Shown here: one piece after another, positions 1-12,100 of the stretch
Layout of the letters: every line of letters starts with the position of its first letter
Numbering within the stretch: position 1 is the first letter of the stretch
Source: Glaucostegus cemiculus
Lineage: Eukaryota
Direction of reading: 5' to 3'
DNA: 64,000 nt
NCBI GenBank assembly: GCA_976551045.1
Contig: CDPCPM010000052.1
Location: 11,036,001-11,100,000 of the forward strand
Notes under the pieces: model-generated
What the model saw: only the letters and a program-made list of their open reading frames with translations
What the model was told of the DNA's origin: nothing
Databases searched by the model: none
Position numbers and translations under genes: made by a program

Positions 1-169
1 GAATATGAAGTGCTTCCCAATGGCTGTGAGGCTCACTGGGAGGTGGTCGAGAGAATCCTATTCATTTATGCCAAACTGAACCCAGGAATTGCTTATGTAC
101 AGGGCATGAATGAGATTGTGGGTCCGATTTACTATACCTTCGCTACCGATCCTAACACTGAGTGGAAAG
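1..169 (+). CDS. TBC1D13: TBC1D13 coding exon (5' end outside window)
   Basis: Frame 1 from base 1, YVQGMNEIVGP motif, donor AG|GTAAGG at 169/170. Confidence 0.95.
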
Positions 170-3100
170 GTAAGGTTCTGAGAGTTCTGTCATGAAGTGA
201 AAACCCCAGTATCAGGTACCCACAAGATTAATGAATGATGCATAATTTGGAGCCACTTGTCCTCTCCCTACATTCTCCCCCTTTAAGTGGATTTCATCCA
301 TTTTCCATCACCTTTGGGTGGTTGTTCTTGAACATATAGAAATTATGCCACAGAAATGGGCTGTTTGAACCAACTAGTGTACAGCAGTATTTATAAGAAA
401 TAATAAATGTAAATAACGTTATGTCATACAGCTCTTTGAACCTGCTACACATGTCAGCTCCACCTTTCTATTCTACCCCAATTACTCTTGATTCCATTGG
501 TATCCAAGTCTCTGTTATCCCTATCTAGAATATATTAAGTGACTGAGCATTCACAGCCCACTGGTGGTGGCAAATTCCAAAGATTCCAACTCTCTGTGTG
601 GAAATTCCTTATTTCAGTTCTGAAAGATCATCTTATCCTCCTCTCTATTTTTTTAAAAAAACAACCTACTCTTAGCACTCACTCTGTTAAGGCTGCCAAG
701 ACTTTTTCACATTTCAGTGAAATCTCTTCTAAATTTTTGTTAAACAGCAAAGATAAGCCTATTCTACTTTCCCTTGATAAGAAAACCCTCTCTTCCCAAG
801 AATACACGAGATTCTGCGGATGCTGGAATCTGGAGCAACACACACAAAATGCTGGAGGAACTTAGCAGGTCAGGCATCATCATGGGTCCTGATGAAGGGT
901 CTCGACCCAAATTGTCAACTGTTTATTTCCCTCCATAGATGCTGCCTGACCTGCTGAGTTCCTCCAGCATTTTGTGTGTGTTTTTCCCAGGAATAACTAG
1001 GTGCTCTGTTTGAGTCTCCTCCCATTCTACCTCATTTCAGTAGGTCTTTCCATAAATTTGTTCTTTAAGTGTTTAGACATCTTTCCCTGAAAAGGCATCT
1101 GGAATATTTTCATCAACAATCCAAAGTAGTAGCTCATTCCACATTCTTGTAACTCTGGAAAAAGTTTCTTAGGATTCATTAGTGACCATTTCATCATTAT
1201 GGCCTTTGTCCATCCAAAAGTTTGTCAATGTATATTGGTAAGCCACTTGTTCAAGCAAAGGTTCACAACTGAACCAGATCTTGTCCTTTCTGCACATATG
1301 TGTTTCCTATTGGGTCACTAAGCAGTTCTGACTGGTTTCCTTATTTACCCGCTACAAACAAATGAGGAGGCCTGGACACTATTGCAGTACCCATAACTGC
1401 ATAACTCAGCCCTGATTTTCAGTTGATGGTGGGCCATTCCTAGTCTGTGTGGCCGCAGAAGCCATCAAATGATGAAATGTTTTCTGTTTGATTGCTGATT
1501 TGAATAGTACATACAACTCATGCAACACTTCAATTTTTAGGATTTTTATTTTAGTTTTGAAATCCCTCCAAGGTCTCACTCACCAACTCACCAGCAACGC
1601 CCCCCCCCCCCACCGCCACACACCAACCACCACCATCTTCCACCACTGTACCAGTCTCTGTAATCTCTTCCAGCCCTACAACTCTTTGATACGTTAGTAC
1701 TCCTTTAAATTCTGTTCTGAAGTTACCTCTGAATTTAACTGATTCAAAATTGGTAGCCATATCTTCAGCCACCAAGGCACTAAGCTCCGGCCTTGCCACC
1801 CTAAATTTCTCTGTCTTTCTAGCTTTACTTCCTCCAAAGTACTCCATTAGAAAATTATCTGTTTGGCTGAATTTTGGGTCATTTGCCTTACTGTTTCCCT
1901 ATGAGGCTTGGTGTTAAATTCTGACTCTAAAGCACCTTGGCACATTTTGCAATGTTAAGGCCACGATATAGATACAAGTTTATTGTTGTGTGAATGTTCT
2001 TCTAGTTAGAAACTTGGGAGGGAAAATGGAATTCTGCTTATTTTATATTTTTCTTTGTTTCCCTGAATTATCCAGAACATGCAGAAGCAGACACGTTTTT
2101 CTGCTTCACAAACCTGATGTCAGAAATCAGGGACAATTTCATCAAGAGCCTAGATGACTCGCAGTGTGGGATCACTTGTAAAATGGAGAAAGTTTACTCT
2201 ACACTGAAGGAGAAAGACATGGATCTGTATCTCAAACTGGTATGAAAAGGTGTATTGAGACAAATAAGACTGAACAGTGGAGCGTGTTTCAGATCCATTC
2301 ATCCATCAAACCTTGTGCTCACTGACTGACATTAGATATTGGTCTGGCAAGGATGTGATTTTTAAAATATAAAATCTTTATTTTCAAAAGCATCCATAGT
2401 CTTGCTCCTCCATAAACTCTTCCATCCTCCAACTCCATACTCCCACTTCCAGAGACTTCTGCACTACTTCAGACTCATTGCGCATTTCTCATTCGTTTCA
2501 CTCAATCATTGGCAGACTTGCCTTCAGCCATCTAAATCTTATGCTCTGGAATTCCCTCCTTAAATCATTTGCCCCTCACCCTCTTCTCTTTTAAGACCCT
2601 TCTTAAAACCACTTTTTCTTCCTCTTGTTGTTCTCTTATTTAGTCGCTGGTTATTGGGTGTCAAACTTTGATTTGATAACTCTCCTTGTATGTTTCGGTA
2701 TGTTTGGCTTATAAATGATTATGCTAGGGAAATATTTAAGTGAAACTCCAAATAATAAGCTTCAAATAAGAGAGCTAAATATCAGGAATATGAGCAAGGG
2801 CTCCTTTTCACAAGAGGAAATACACTGAACATTTAGTGTTAGCTTTGTTATGCAAAAAGGGAATAGGAAAAGATTTCAGGGAAAATTGAATAGATATTTA
2901 AGGGAGTGATCCAAGGGGTTTTTATTAAGAAAGGCTTGCATATATCTCATCTCAGAATGTTGAAGTATGGTCAATTACTTTTTTTTAGGAGTAATATTTT
3001 GTAATGGTGAAAAGTGCAAAGAATGTAAGCATTTCTTTCTTTGCCAATTCACAGAACTCTCCCATCAGACAACAATGAAATGCTAATCAGCTTCAGCATA

Positions 3101-6100
3101 CTATCACTTCACAATCAGATTCTGTGGTCCCATGGACGTTATTACTGCTTGAGAGAACAATGCATTGTGCACATGTGGTATAACACTCCTACCCTTAAAA
3201 GTATTATCTGACTAAGTGTGAGCAAACCCATGTGAGATCTGCTAGTAGTAGCAACAGCTTGCATTTATAGAACCTTCAACATATCAAAATGTTCCAGTGC
3301 TTTAACAGACTTATCAGACAAAATTGATTCTCAATCAAAAGAGAAGACGTTAGTTCAGTTGGCCAAGTGTTTGGTCAAAGATATCGGTCATAAGCATTGT
3401 CTGCAAGAAGGAGATACAGTTGGAGATGTCTGTGGAAAGAATTCAGAGTTTTACAGTTGGGAGCGCTGAAAGCATGATCAGTCGTGAGGCAAAAGAAGTG
3501 CAGAATGCATCGAGAGGTTAGAACTGAAAGCACATGTCAATGAGTGTTGTAAGCCTAGAGGAATGTACAAAAGAAGGGAGGGGCCGGACAGGACAAGATA
3601 TGTAAAGAAAAGGAATTTTCAAATGAATAGGTTGGGGATGGAGTCAAATTTAATCAGTGAGCTCAGCAATAATAAATGGGAATTGTTGCAAGTTAGACAG
3701 CAGAACTAAAGTATTGGAATTGTCATTTAGCAGTAGCAAAAGCATGAATTGTGATTTCTACAGCAGATAGGGTGAGGCTGAGACAGATGGATAATTTTAT
3801 GGTGATAGACACAAGTAATCTTAAGTATTTTTGAGTAAAATAACCAATTGAGCAAATTGATTATGCATTAATATTTAGAAGCTGGTATAAATGGGATTAC
3901 GAAGAATTGTGTTGGGTAGTGTGGCTTAGATGAAAAGAGAAAATAATTCCCCTTGTGGAAGAGTCCAAACTTCAGAATATGAATACAAATTTGTAATTGC
4001 TCCAGTAGAAAGTTCATGAGAAACTTCTTTGTTTGGAGTGTGGTTACGTGCTGTCATGTTGTGCAGATGAGATAAGTGAGACAGGCGGTTAAAGGAAAAC
4101 TTGAAAAGTGGAAGGAAGATTTTACTTGTGGGATTGGAAGTGGAATAGGAGGAGGCCTGTGGGGAGCATTAACTCTGTGTAAATATGATTGCCTGTACAT
4201 GCACTGTAAATATCATGTTATAGCATCTATGTAATTTGAATAATTCATGCCATTGCTTCACATATTTGTACATATTGTATTCCAGCAAGAGCAGAATATC
4301 AAGCCACAATTTTTTGCCTTTCGCTGGCTCACACTGCTGCTATCCCAAGAGTTCCTTCTTCCTGATGTTATCCGAATATGGGATTCCCTCTTTTCTGATG
4401 TCGACAGATTTGACTTCCTAATCCTAGTCTGCTGTGCCATGTTGATGTAAGTAGCAAAATCCATCATTTTTCTGACATGGGAGAATCATTGTGCTATTTA
4501 AAAGATGCAGTGCTTTCATTTCAAACCAGCAATTTTGAATGTGAGGCCAATCAAGGCTGTCAGCCAGTCAAATTCATTGGAATTGCCTGTTATGTTCTTT
4601 TTATTAAGATCCTTCATGTTACTTGCTAGGGTAGGAGCCTGAGGTTCTCAGAACAAATTATCAGGGAACTGAGTCTCAGAACAGACCATTTAAGTAATTG
4701 ATATATTACAGACTCTTTTTAACAAATGTTTTATTTTGAAGAACAGCAGTGAGTAACATTCACCCGTTGTTCCTGTGCCAGTTCTTTGAAAGTTATATCT
4801 AGTTTGTCCCATTACTCTTGGTCCTTCCTCAGAACTTTGAGAATTTACCTTTTTCAAGTATTTAGGCTCCATTCATGCATTGACTCTGGGTCCTATGTAT
4901 GAGCCAGTTTCTGAATCACTTTCTGCAAGCTTGAGCCCATCTTCAGGGTCATGCTCCAGTACAGTACTGAGGGAATACCTAACCATTGGATGACCCCGCT
5001 TTTGCCTGCACTAACCCCTACATATCCTCATGGCACTATTTCAAAAGCAGGGGTTATTTTCAGGTTATCCTGGGCAATTACATCAGATAAGTATATTGAA
5101 GTATTTCACATATCAACAAATTTCCTTTGATTAGTTTGAGAGGGTGCTCTGTATACAGCTGACTTGAAGCTAGATGAACTTTATAAATTATTTTTAGCAA
5201 ATTGACTATATTTGACTATATGAAATAAATATATTTAAGTAGATTTAAAAAATTCCAGACATCATTATAATAGTTTTGTCTCATTGAGTGTAGAGTGTAC
5301 CTGTGTCAAGATATTTTTTTAAGCAATTATTGCAAGTTAGTGAAAGCTGTTGTATTTTTCTTGTAGTTTGATTCGGGATCAATTACTTGCTGGAGACTTC
5401 ACGATAAACATGAGACTGCTACAGGTAGGGAAATGTTTAAAAATATAATCACCTAATAAAACTGAATTTGAGAGTCTGGGGTATTAACGATGAAACAATA
5501 AGACTGCGACCATTTTAGCTGTTTATCTTTCAACTCTTAAAGAGTTTAGACTGATTAACAATCCAGAGGGTGGGAGTATTGTTGCACTTGTATTGTAGTC
5601 TGATAGGCCATGACATGAATACTCCATCAATGCCATATCAACTCTCATATGAATTGAGTGGGGAGGAGTGGGGTTAGTCTTATTACTGTGGGAAGGTGTT
5701 ATGGACTTGCAATGTGGAATGAGTTCACCCTTGTCCATTAAAACTGAGTTCCATTCTAGGGGACTGTTGAGAGTGCTTGAGCTCCATTTTGGGGGACTGA
5801 TGAGAGTGCAAGCTCTGTACCATCTCACTTAAAGGCAACAATGATACCATGTGGCTAAAACCTTACTCTGATATTCTACAGAGGCAAATGAACTGTACCA
5901 GCACAACCACTTAGTGTTCTTTTTTGTAGCATTTAATGTTTGCTGCAGCTGTCCCTGTCACTATGGAGTGAGATCTACAAGTTGAGCAGGATTTAAATTA
6001 TATTGATAAATGTTTGTTTCCTGCTGTCTCTTATGCTAGCTTAGTATCTCCCATTGCAGGACCATTTGTTTGCAGATGGTGTGGTATCACATTTTGGAGC

Positions 6101-9100
6101 AAGCTCTCCTAGTGTCACACAGCCTTTCCCACCTCCCTCACTCCAATGCCCACAGTGCTCTGGAAATACTCCATGTACCTTGGCAAGATAGGTGATGGTG
6201 AACTTATAAATAGTGCTTCTGTAATGCCAGTAGATCCAGCAACACTGTAGAATTGACTCCTGCTTGTAATTTCTAAAATAACCAGCCTATACCACCATAT
6301 GGACACAGAAAGTAAGGTAGTTGTTCAGAGATTGGAGGTCGATTCCTCAAACGTACAGAAGATGATGAATATCTGAAGGAAAGCTGTTTCAATTCCATTC
6401 TTATTGCCTCTGTTAATGAGGAATCCCATTTACCTCTGTATATCTTCTTGCCTCTTACACTGTATAAGCTTGCAGTCATCTGAAACTCTGCTGTCCATAT
6501 CCTAACTTGTGTGGTCTTATTCACTCATCATCCTTGTTCTCATTTACCCTTATTGGGTGTCAGTTAAGCAATAAATAAGTTCTCGCTCTAAAAGCTGTTA
6601 CCTTTGTTTTCAAATCACAACATGACATCAGCCCTCCTACTTTCTGTATTCTCCTCCAGCTTTCTAATGCCCTGTCCTTCATCCAACCACTGCCCAAGAA
6701 ACATGAGCACCTTCAGTTGTTGCCTCTTGAGCATGTGATTTTGATTGCTCCACCGTTGGCAGATGTGGCTTTTGGTGTCTCCTGTAATGTATTTCTAAAG
6801 TTTGCCATTTCTGAGTCTTTTTTTCTTCCTCTAAGTTGCTCTTTCAAGTTATCTTTTTGACCAAACTTTTGATCTTCTGCACTAATAGGTGCACTAGTGT
6901 CAAATTTTATTTGGTAACACTCCCATAAAAAGTCTTTGGATATTTTATTAAATTAAGGGTGCTTTATAAATACACATAGTTATTATGTATGATAACTACA
7001 TAATAAGCACTGCTGGCTGTCCAGCAACCTTGGTGGTTGGTGTGAGATTTTTTTCTTCTGAGGATTGGATACTTCAAGAAATGATCCAATTAAATCCCAA
7101 GAATCTTACGGATATAACAATGTGGAATGCATTGCTACTAGGGATTGATGATGGAAATATTCCAGGTGCATTTTCAGGGAAAGGTGTCTAAGTACTTAAA
7201 GGACAAATTTATGTAAAGACGTACTGAAATGGAATGGACGAGGCTTATACAGAGCATCCATTCATTTCCAGGGATGAGAGGGTTTTCTTACAAAGAGAAA
7301 GCAGAATAGGCTTATCTTTCCTGTTTAGAAAAAAATAAGAAGAGGTCTCATTGAAATGTGCAAAATTCTTGTCAGCCTTAACAGAGAAAGTGCTAAGAGT
7401 ATTTTTTTTTAAGTAGAGTGGGGATAAGAAGATGATCATTCAGATCTGAATAAAGAATTTCCACACACACAGTTGGGAATCTTTGGAATTCTCCACCATC
7501 AGTGGGCTGTGAATGTTCAGTCACTTAATATATTCAAGACTGGGATAACAGAGATTTGGATACTAATGGAATCAAGAGTTATTGAAATACAGTAGAAAAG
7601 TAGATATTGCATCAGTGCAGCAGGCTCAAGGAGCTGTATGATATAGAAATGTTGGTAATAATCTGTTAAAGTCTGGGTGGTGATGATACTTCCACTGTAG
7701 AAGGATTCAGGACTGCAACACAATAGTGAAGAACGCTTGGGCAATATATGTCCAGGTTGGGATGGTGTTTGATCTGGAGTGGAACTTGGTATTGAAATTA
7801 GAATGCTTTGAACTGGATCACGTTGAAACTCTTAGTTTTGTTTTGTATGTGGGCTACCAATGAAAATGATGTTGATGATAGAAGGAAAGCAGTTCCTCAC
7901 TCATGTTTGAATTTGCATTGTGAGTTTCTGAGCAGGGTTCAGAAGGAACTCCTGCAAAGCACCTGCCAGTCAGTTTCAAAATAGGAGAGCTGGCTACATC
8001 AGGAAAGGTTAATTAAAATATTTCTTTCCAGTGCAATTGTAAATAGAGCTGGAAATTAGATGGAGGCCAGAAAAAAGATGGGGTTAATAGTTAACTTGAA
8101 GACTTGCAGTGAATCTGATAACAACCCTAAGCTAAAATTTTGGTCAGACTTTTGTATGTTGAATTGTGTCACCTTGTGCAAAGCAGTGCAGTCAACATAA
8201 GTGACGTGCTTAAAATCATTTTGCATTTAAATGAGGTGATGGAGTTTAACTTTTACTTAGATGTAATAGATTAGATTAGTTTATTGTCATATACAGCAGA
8301 GTGCAATGACATTTCTTGTTCACATGAAGCTCACAACATAAACTGCACACTATTATTGTATTTTTGTATTATTACTATGACAAAGGCAAAACAGAATGGT
8401 ACAAATATTGTAGTGCAATCTGAAACAGTGCAAACAGAAATGCTAAGATTTTGCTAACTTGTCAGAATACTTTTTATAGTGCATCCTTAGAAGTTCAAGA
8501 GAATCCTCATGGACATGTCAAATCTTCTCAGGCACTTAAAGTAAATTCGCTTATGTGCTTTGTTTTTAATCAGTGTGAAGGGACCAGGTGAGGTTGCTGG
8601 TGATATTGGATGCCAATGAACTTGAAGCTGTCAACCATCTCTACAGCAGCTCTATTGATGAAGACAGGGTTGTGTTCACACCTGTTTTCCCGCCCCACTT
8701 CCCATTCCTAAGGTCAACAACCAACTTTTTCTTCTTGCTGACATGAAAGGCTAGATTGTTGTTCCGACACCATGACATAAGGTTCACATCTCTTTCCTGT
8801 ACTCTGTCTCATCATTGTTGTTGATCCAGCTGATTACAGTGGCATCATCGGTGATCTTAAAGACAGAGTTATCAGTGTAGATATAGCATGGTAATTTTAT
8901 TAGACCATAAGACATAACACATAGGAGCAGAATTAGGCCATTCAGCCCATCGAGTCTGCATTGCCATTCGATCGTGGTTGATTTATTTTTCCCTCTTATC
9001 CCATTCTCCTGCCTTTTCCCTATAACCTTTGATGCCCTTACTAATCAAGAACCTATCAACCTCCACTTTAAATATACCCAATAACTTGGCCTCCACAGCT

Positions 9101-12100
9101 GCCTGTGGCAATGAATTCCACAGATTCACCACCTTCTGGGTAAAGAAATTCCTCGTCATCTCAGTTCTAAAGGGACGTCATTTTATTCTGAGGCTGTGCC
9201 CTCTGGACGTGGAGAGATGTTTCCACTAGTGGAAGAGTCTCGAACCACTCTATCCAGGCCTTTCAATATTCAGTAGATTTCAATGAGATCCCCCCCCCCC
9301 CCATCCATCTAAACTCCAGCGAGTACAGGCCCAGAGCCATCAAACGTTCCTCATACATTAATCCTTTCATCCCTGGGATCATTCTCATAAACCTCCTTGG
9401 GACCCTCTGCAATGCACCTCAGATTTCTGAATTCTCTCCCCATTTAGAAAATAGTCTATGCCTTTATTCCTTCTACCACAGTGCATGACCATACACTTCC
9501 CTACACTGTATTCTATCTGCCACTTCTTTGCCCATTCTCCCAACCTGTCCCAGTCCTTCTGCAGACTCCCTGCTTCCTCAACACTACCTGCCCCTCCACC
9601 TATCTTTGCACCATCTGCAAATTTGGCCACAAAGTCATCAATTCCATCATCCAGATCATTAACATACAACACAAAAAGTAGTGGACCCAGCACCAACCCC
9701 TGAGGAACACCACTAGTCACCGACAGCCAACCAGAAAAGGCCCCCTTTATTGCCACTCCTTGCCTTCTGCCAGACAAGCCTTTATCCATGCTAGTACCTT
9801 TCCTGTAATACAAGGGATACTATCTTGTTTAGCAGCCTCATGTATGGCACCTTGTCAAACACTTTCTGAAAATCCAACAAAACAACATCCACTGACTCTC
9901 CTTTGTCTATTCTGCCATCATTAACCATCATCAGCATGCATCATTAAGGAGCCTCAGCACCCGGGACATGCCCCCTTCATGTTACTAGCATCAGCAGAGG
10001 TACAGGAGCCTGGAGACCCACACTCTAGATTAAGTGAAATCCTTGAACCTACCCAGAGTATTGCATTGTGACCAGAGTAGTTTCCCAGTATTATTTTACC
10101 ATTTGTCTGCCCTGTTCACCAGAGATTGGCCTTCGCTCCATGCAATCCTCCTTTATAATCCGAAATGATCTATACAGTGGCATGGGGATACATCCGGGGA
10201 GGAAGCTTGTTTGTTTCAGTCTCATGAAAAGTTGAAATGCTGGTTATCCAAAGTTGTTTAGTTTCAGAATCATATCATACAATAGAAAAGTGCCACATTA
10301 TGTTATATCAGTGTATACATTTGAATAACTATGCATTGAGTCCTACAACAAACTTGCTGTTAAGGGAAAATTCTATGTTTATCAATCCAAATCTTGGTTG
10401 AAGATCATAATTTCTCCATTTGGTTTCTTTATTTGAAAATTAAATTGCTTCAAATGCTTTATATTTATTTTGATTTACCAATCTCTGTGCTGCCTTAAGA
10501 TGGTGACTTCTGCTTTGGAACTGCAGTAAACTTAGTCAATTTAACAGGATAAAAGCAAGTTTAGTCAGACACTTAGTGACCGGCTGTCCTCAGATCTGTT
10601 TAATGTGATCTTGCAAAATTCTCTAATCCCTTTCTCTATACTTTAATAATGTTGCATTGGATTTTTGCAAAACCTGAGCCTTTAATTTCCTATCAATTCT
10701 AATGTACGTACTTTGCACTGGAGTGTCTGTGCTCATCTCTGCAGGTGCATGTGTGAATGTGTCTGCCCATCTCATTATGTCTGTCCACCCCGATTCTGTG
10801 TTTACCTGCCTGTCTTTCCCTCTTAGAGTGAGTGTGTGTGTGTCCATGTGCACTTTGGGCATGAACATATCTGTCTCCTATTGCTTGTGTGTCTGTATCT
10901 ATCTTTACCTATGCTCACATGAAACTACTTATCCCACTTTCTGCCCATGCATATTTACTTGATTTGTGCGTATCAGTCCTTTTGCCTGTTTGGATGTATT
11001 TGCTTGTCTCCTTGAATATATTTGCCCAATTCTGTATATTTGACTCTCTCTGTCTCGCTATGTTTATGTGTGTTTGTATGTACAATATATACTATTGAAC
11101 GTGTGACTTGTCACCTCAGTTCTCATCTGTCTCATGAACAAGATGCTTCCTATTTTCAAACTTGATAAGTGACTTCCTCTTATCAGACAGTGGGTTCCTT
11201 TCGAAAAGCAGCACGCTGGGAAGTGCCTTTGAGTCCCATCTCCAAAGATCAGGTGGGGGATTTCAGTGTGCCAAAGGCCCAGTATTTGGTGAGTACTGGA
11301 AAATCTATAACTTATTAAAAAAAAAAAAGGCCAAGAGGTTGGGACGATGTCAGTCATTTTGTAGTTTAGTTTGGCACATGCAAAAAGTCTTTTGTCTTTC
11401 GAAGTTAAAGTACATCAATAGTTTTTCACACAATAATGTCTCTTTCACAGTTCATTTGGGCACAATTTTTTAAAAAAATCTTTAATAAACAAAACACTAA
11501 AATAAAATCAGTATACTGCAGATGCTGGGAATTTGAAATAAAAACAGAGAAAACTGGAAAGGCAACAGATCAGGCAGCCTCTAAAGAAAATTATTATATG
11601 CATATCATACTTTTCATGTCCTCTAGGTATTCAAAAGCCCTTTGTAAAACTGTTCCATTGCTGACACTAGGAAACTAACTGGTTTGCACCCAACAGACTC
11701 CCACAAGCAGCAATGTGAATATGAAGAGATTTTGTGTTTTAGTGATGTTAGTCAGACACCATGGTGAACTCCCTTGCTCTTCAAAATAGTATAGCATCCG
11801 AGAGTACATATGGCTATCTTAGTTTAATAACTGACCCAAAGATGGCAGCCTTCCCTCAGAATGTGACCAATAATGTGAACCTAGTCTTTGGAGTGGAGCT
11901 TGAACCTACAACCTTCTGACTCAGAGGATCCACCCTCGAACCACAATCAGTTTTACCTAGTATCAGTAGAAGACAGGAGGTTTGTGGTTTATATACTGTA
12001 GATCCAAAAGAATGTTGTAGCCCGAAAGCAACTGTTAAGTGATAAATCCAAGTCTGTCAGCAAGTAAAGGAGCAGCTCAGGATATGACTCTATTTCATCA

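Noticed and set aside
1465-1503. Box C (ATGATGA) and box D (CTGA) with flanking TCAAA/TTTGA, resembling an intronic C/D snoRNA
   Set aside because: Only 19 nt separate the boxes, too short for a snoRNA, and the stem register does not give a proper K-turn.
539-7439. Similar ORFs 539-865 (+) and 7245-7439 (-) as a duplicated small-protein gene
   Set aside because: Both are antisense readings of decayed CR1 fragments; the similarity is explained at the DNA level.
10700-11090. Cys/Val-rich ORFs
   Set aside because: Degenerate (TG)n-like low-complexity sequence.
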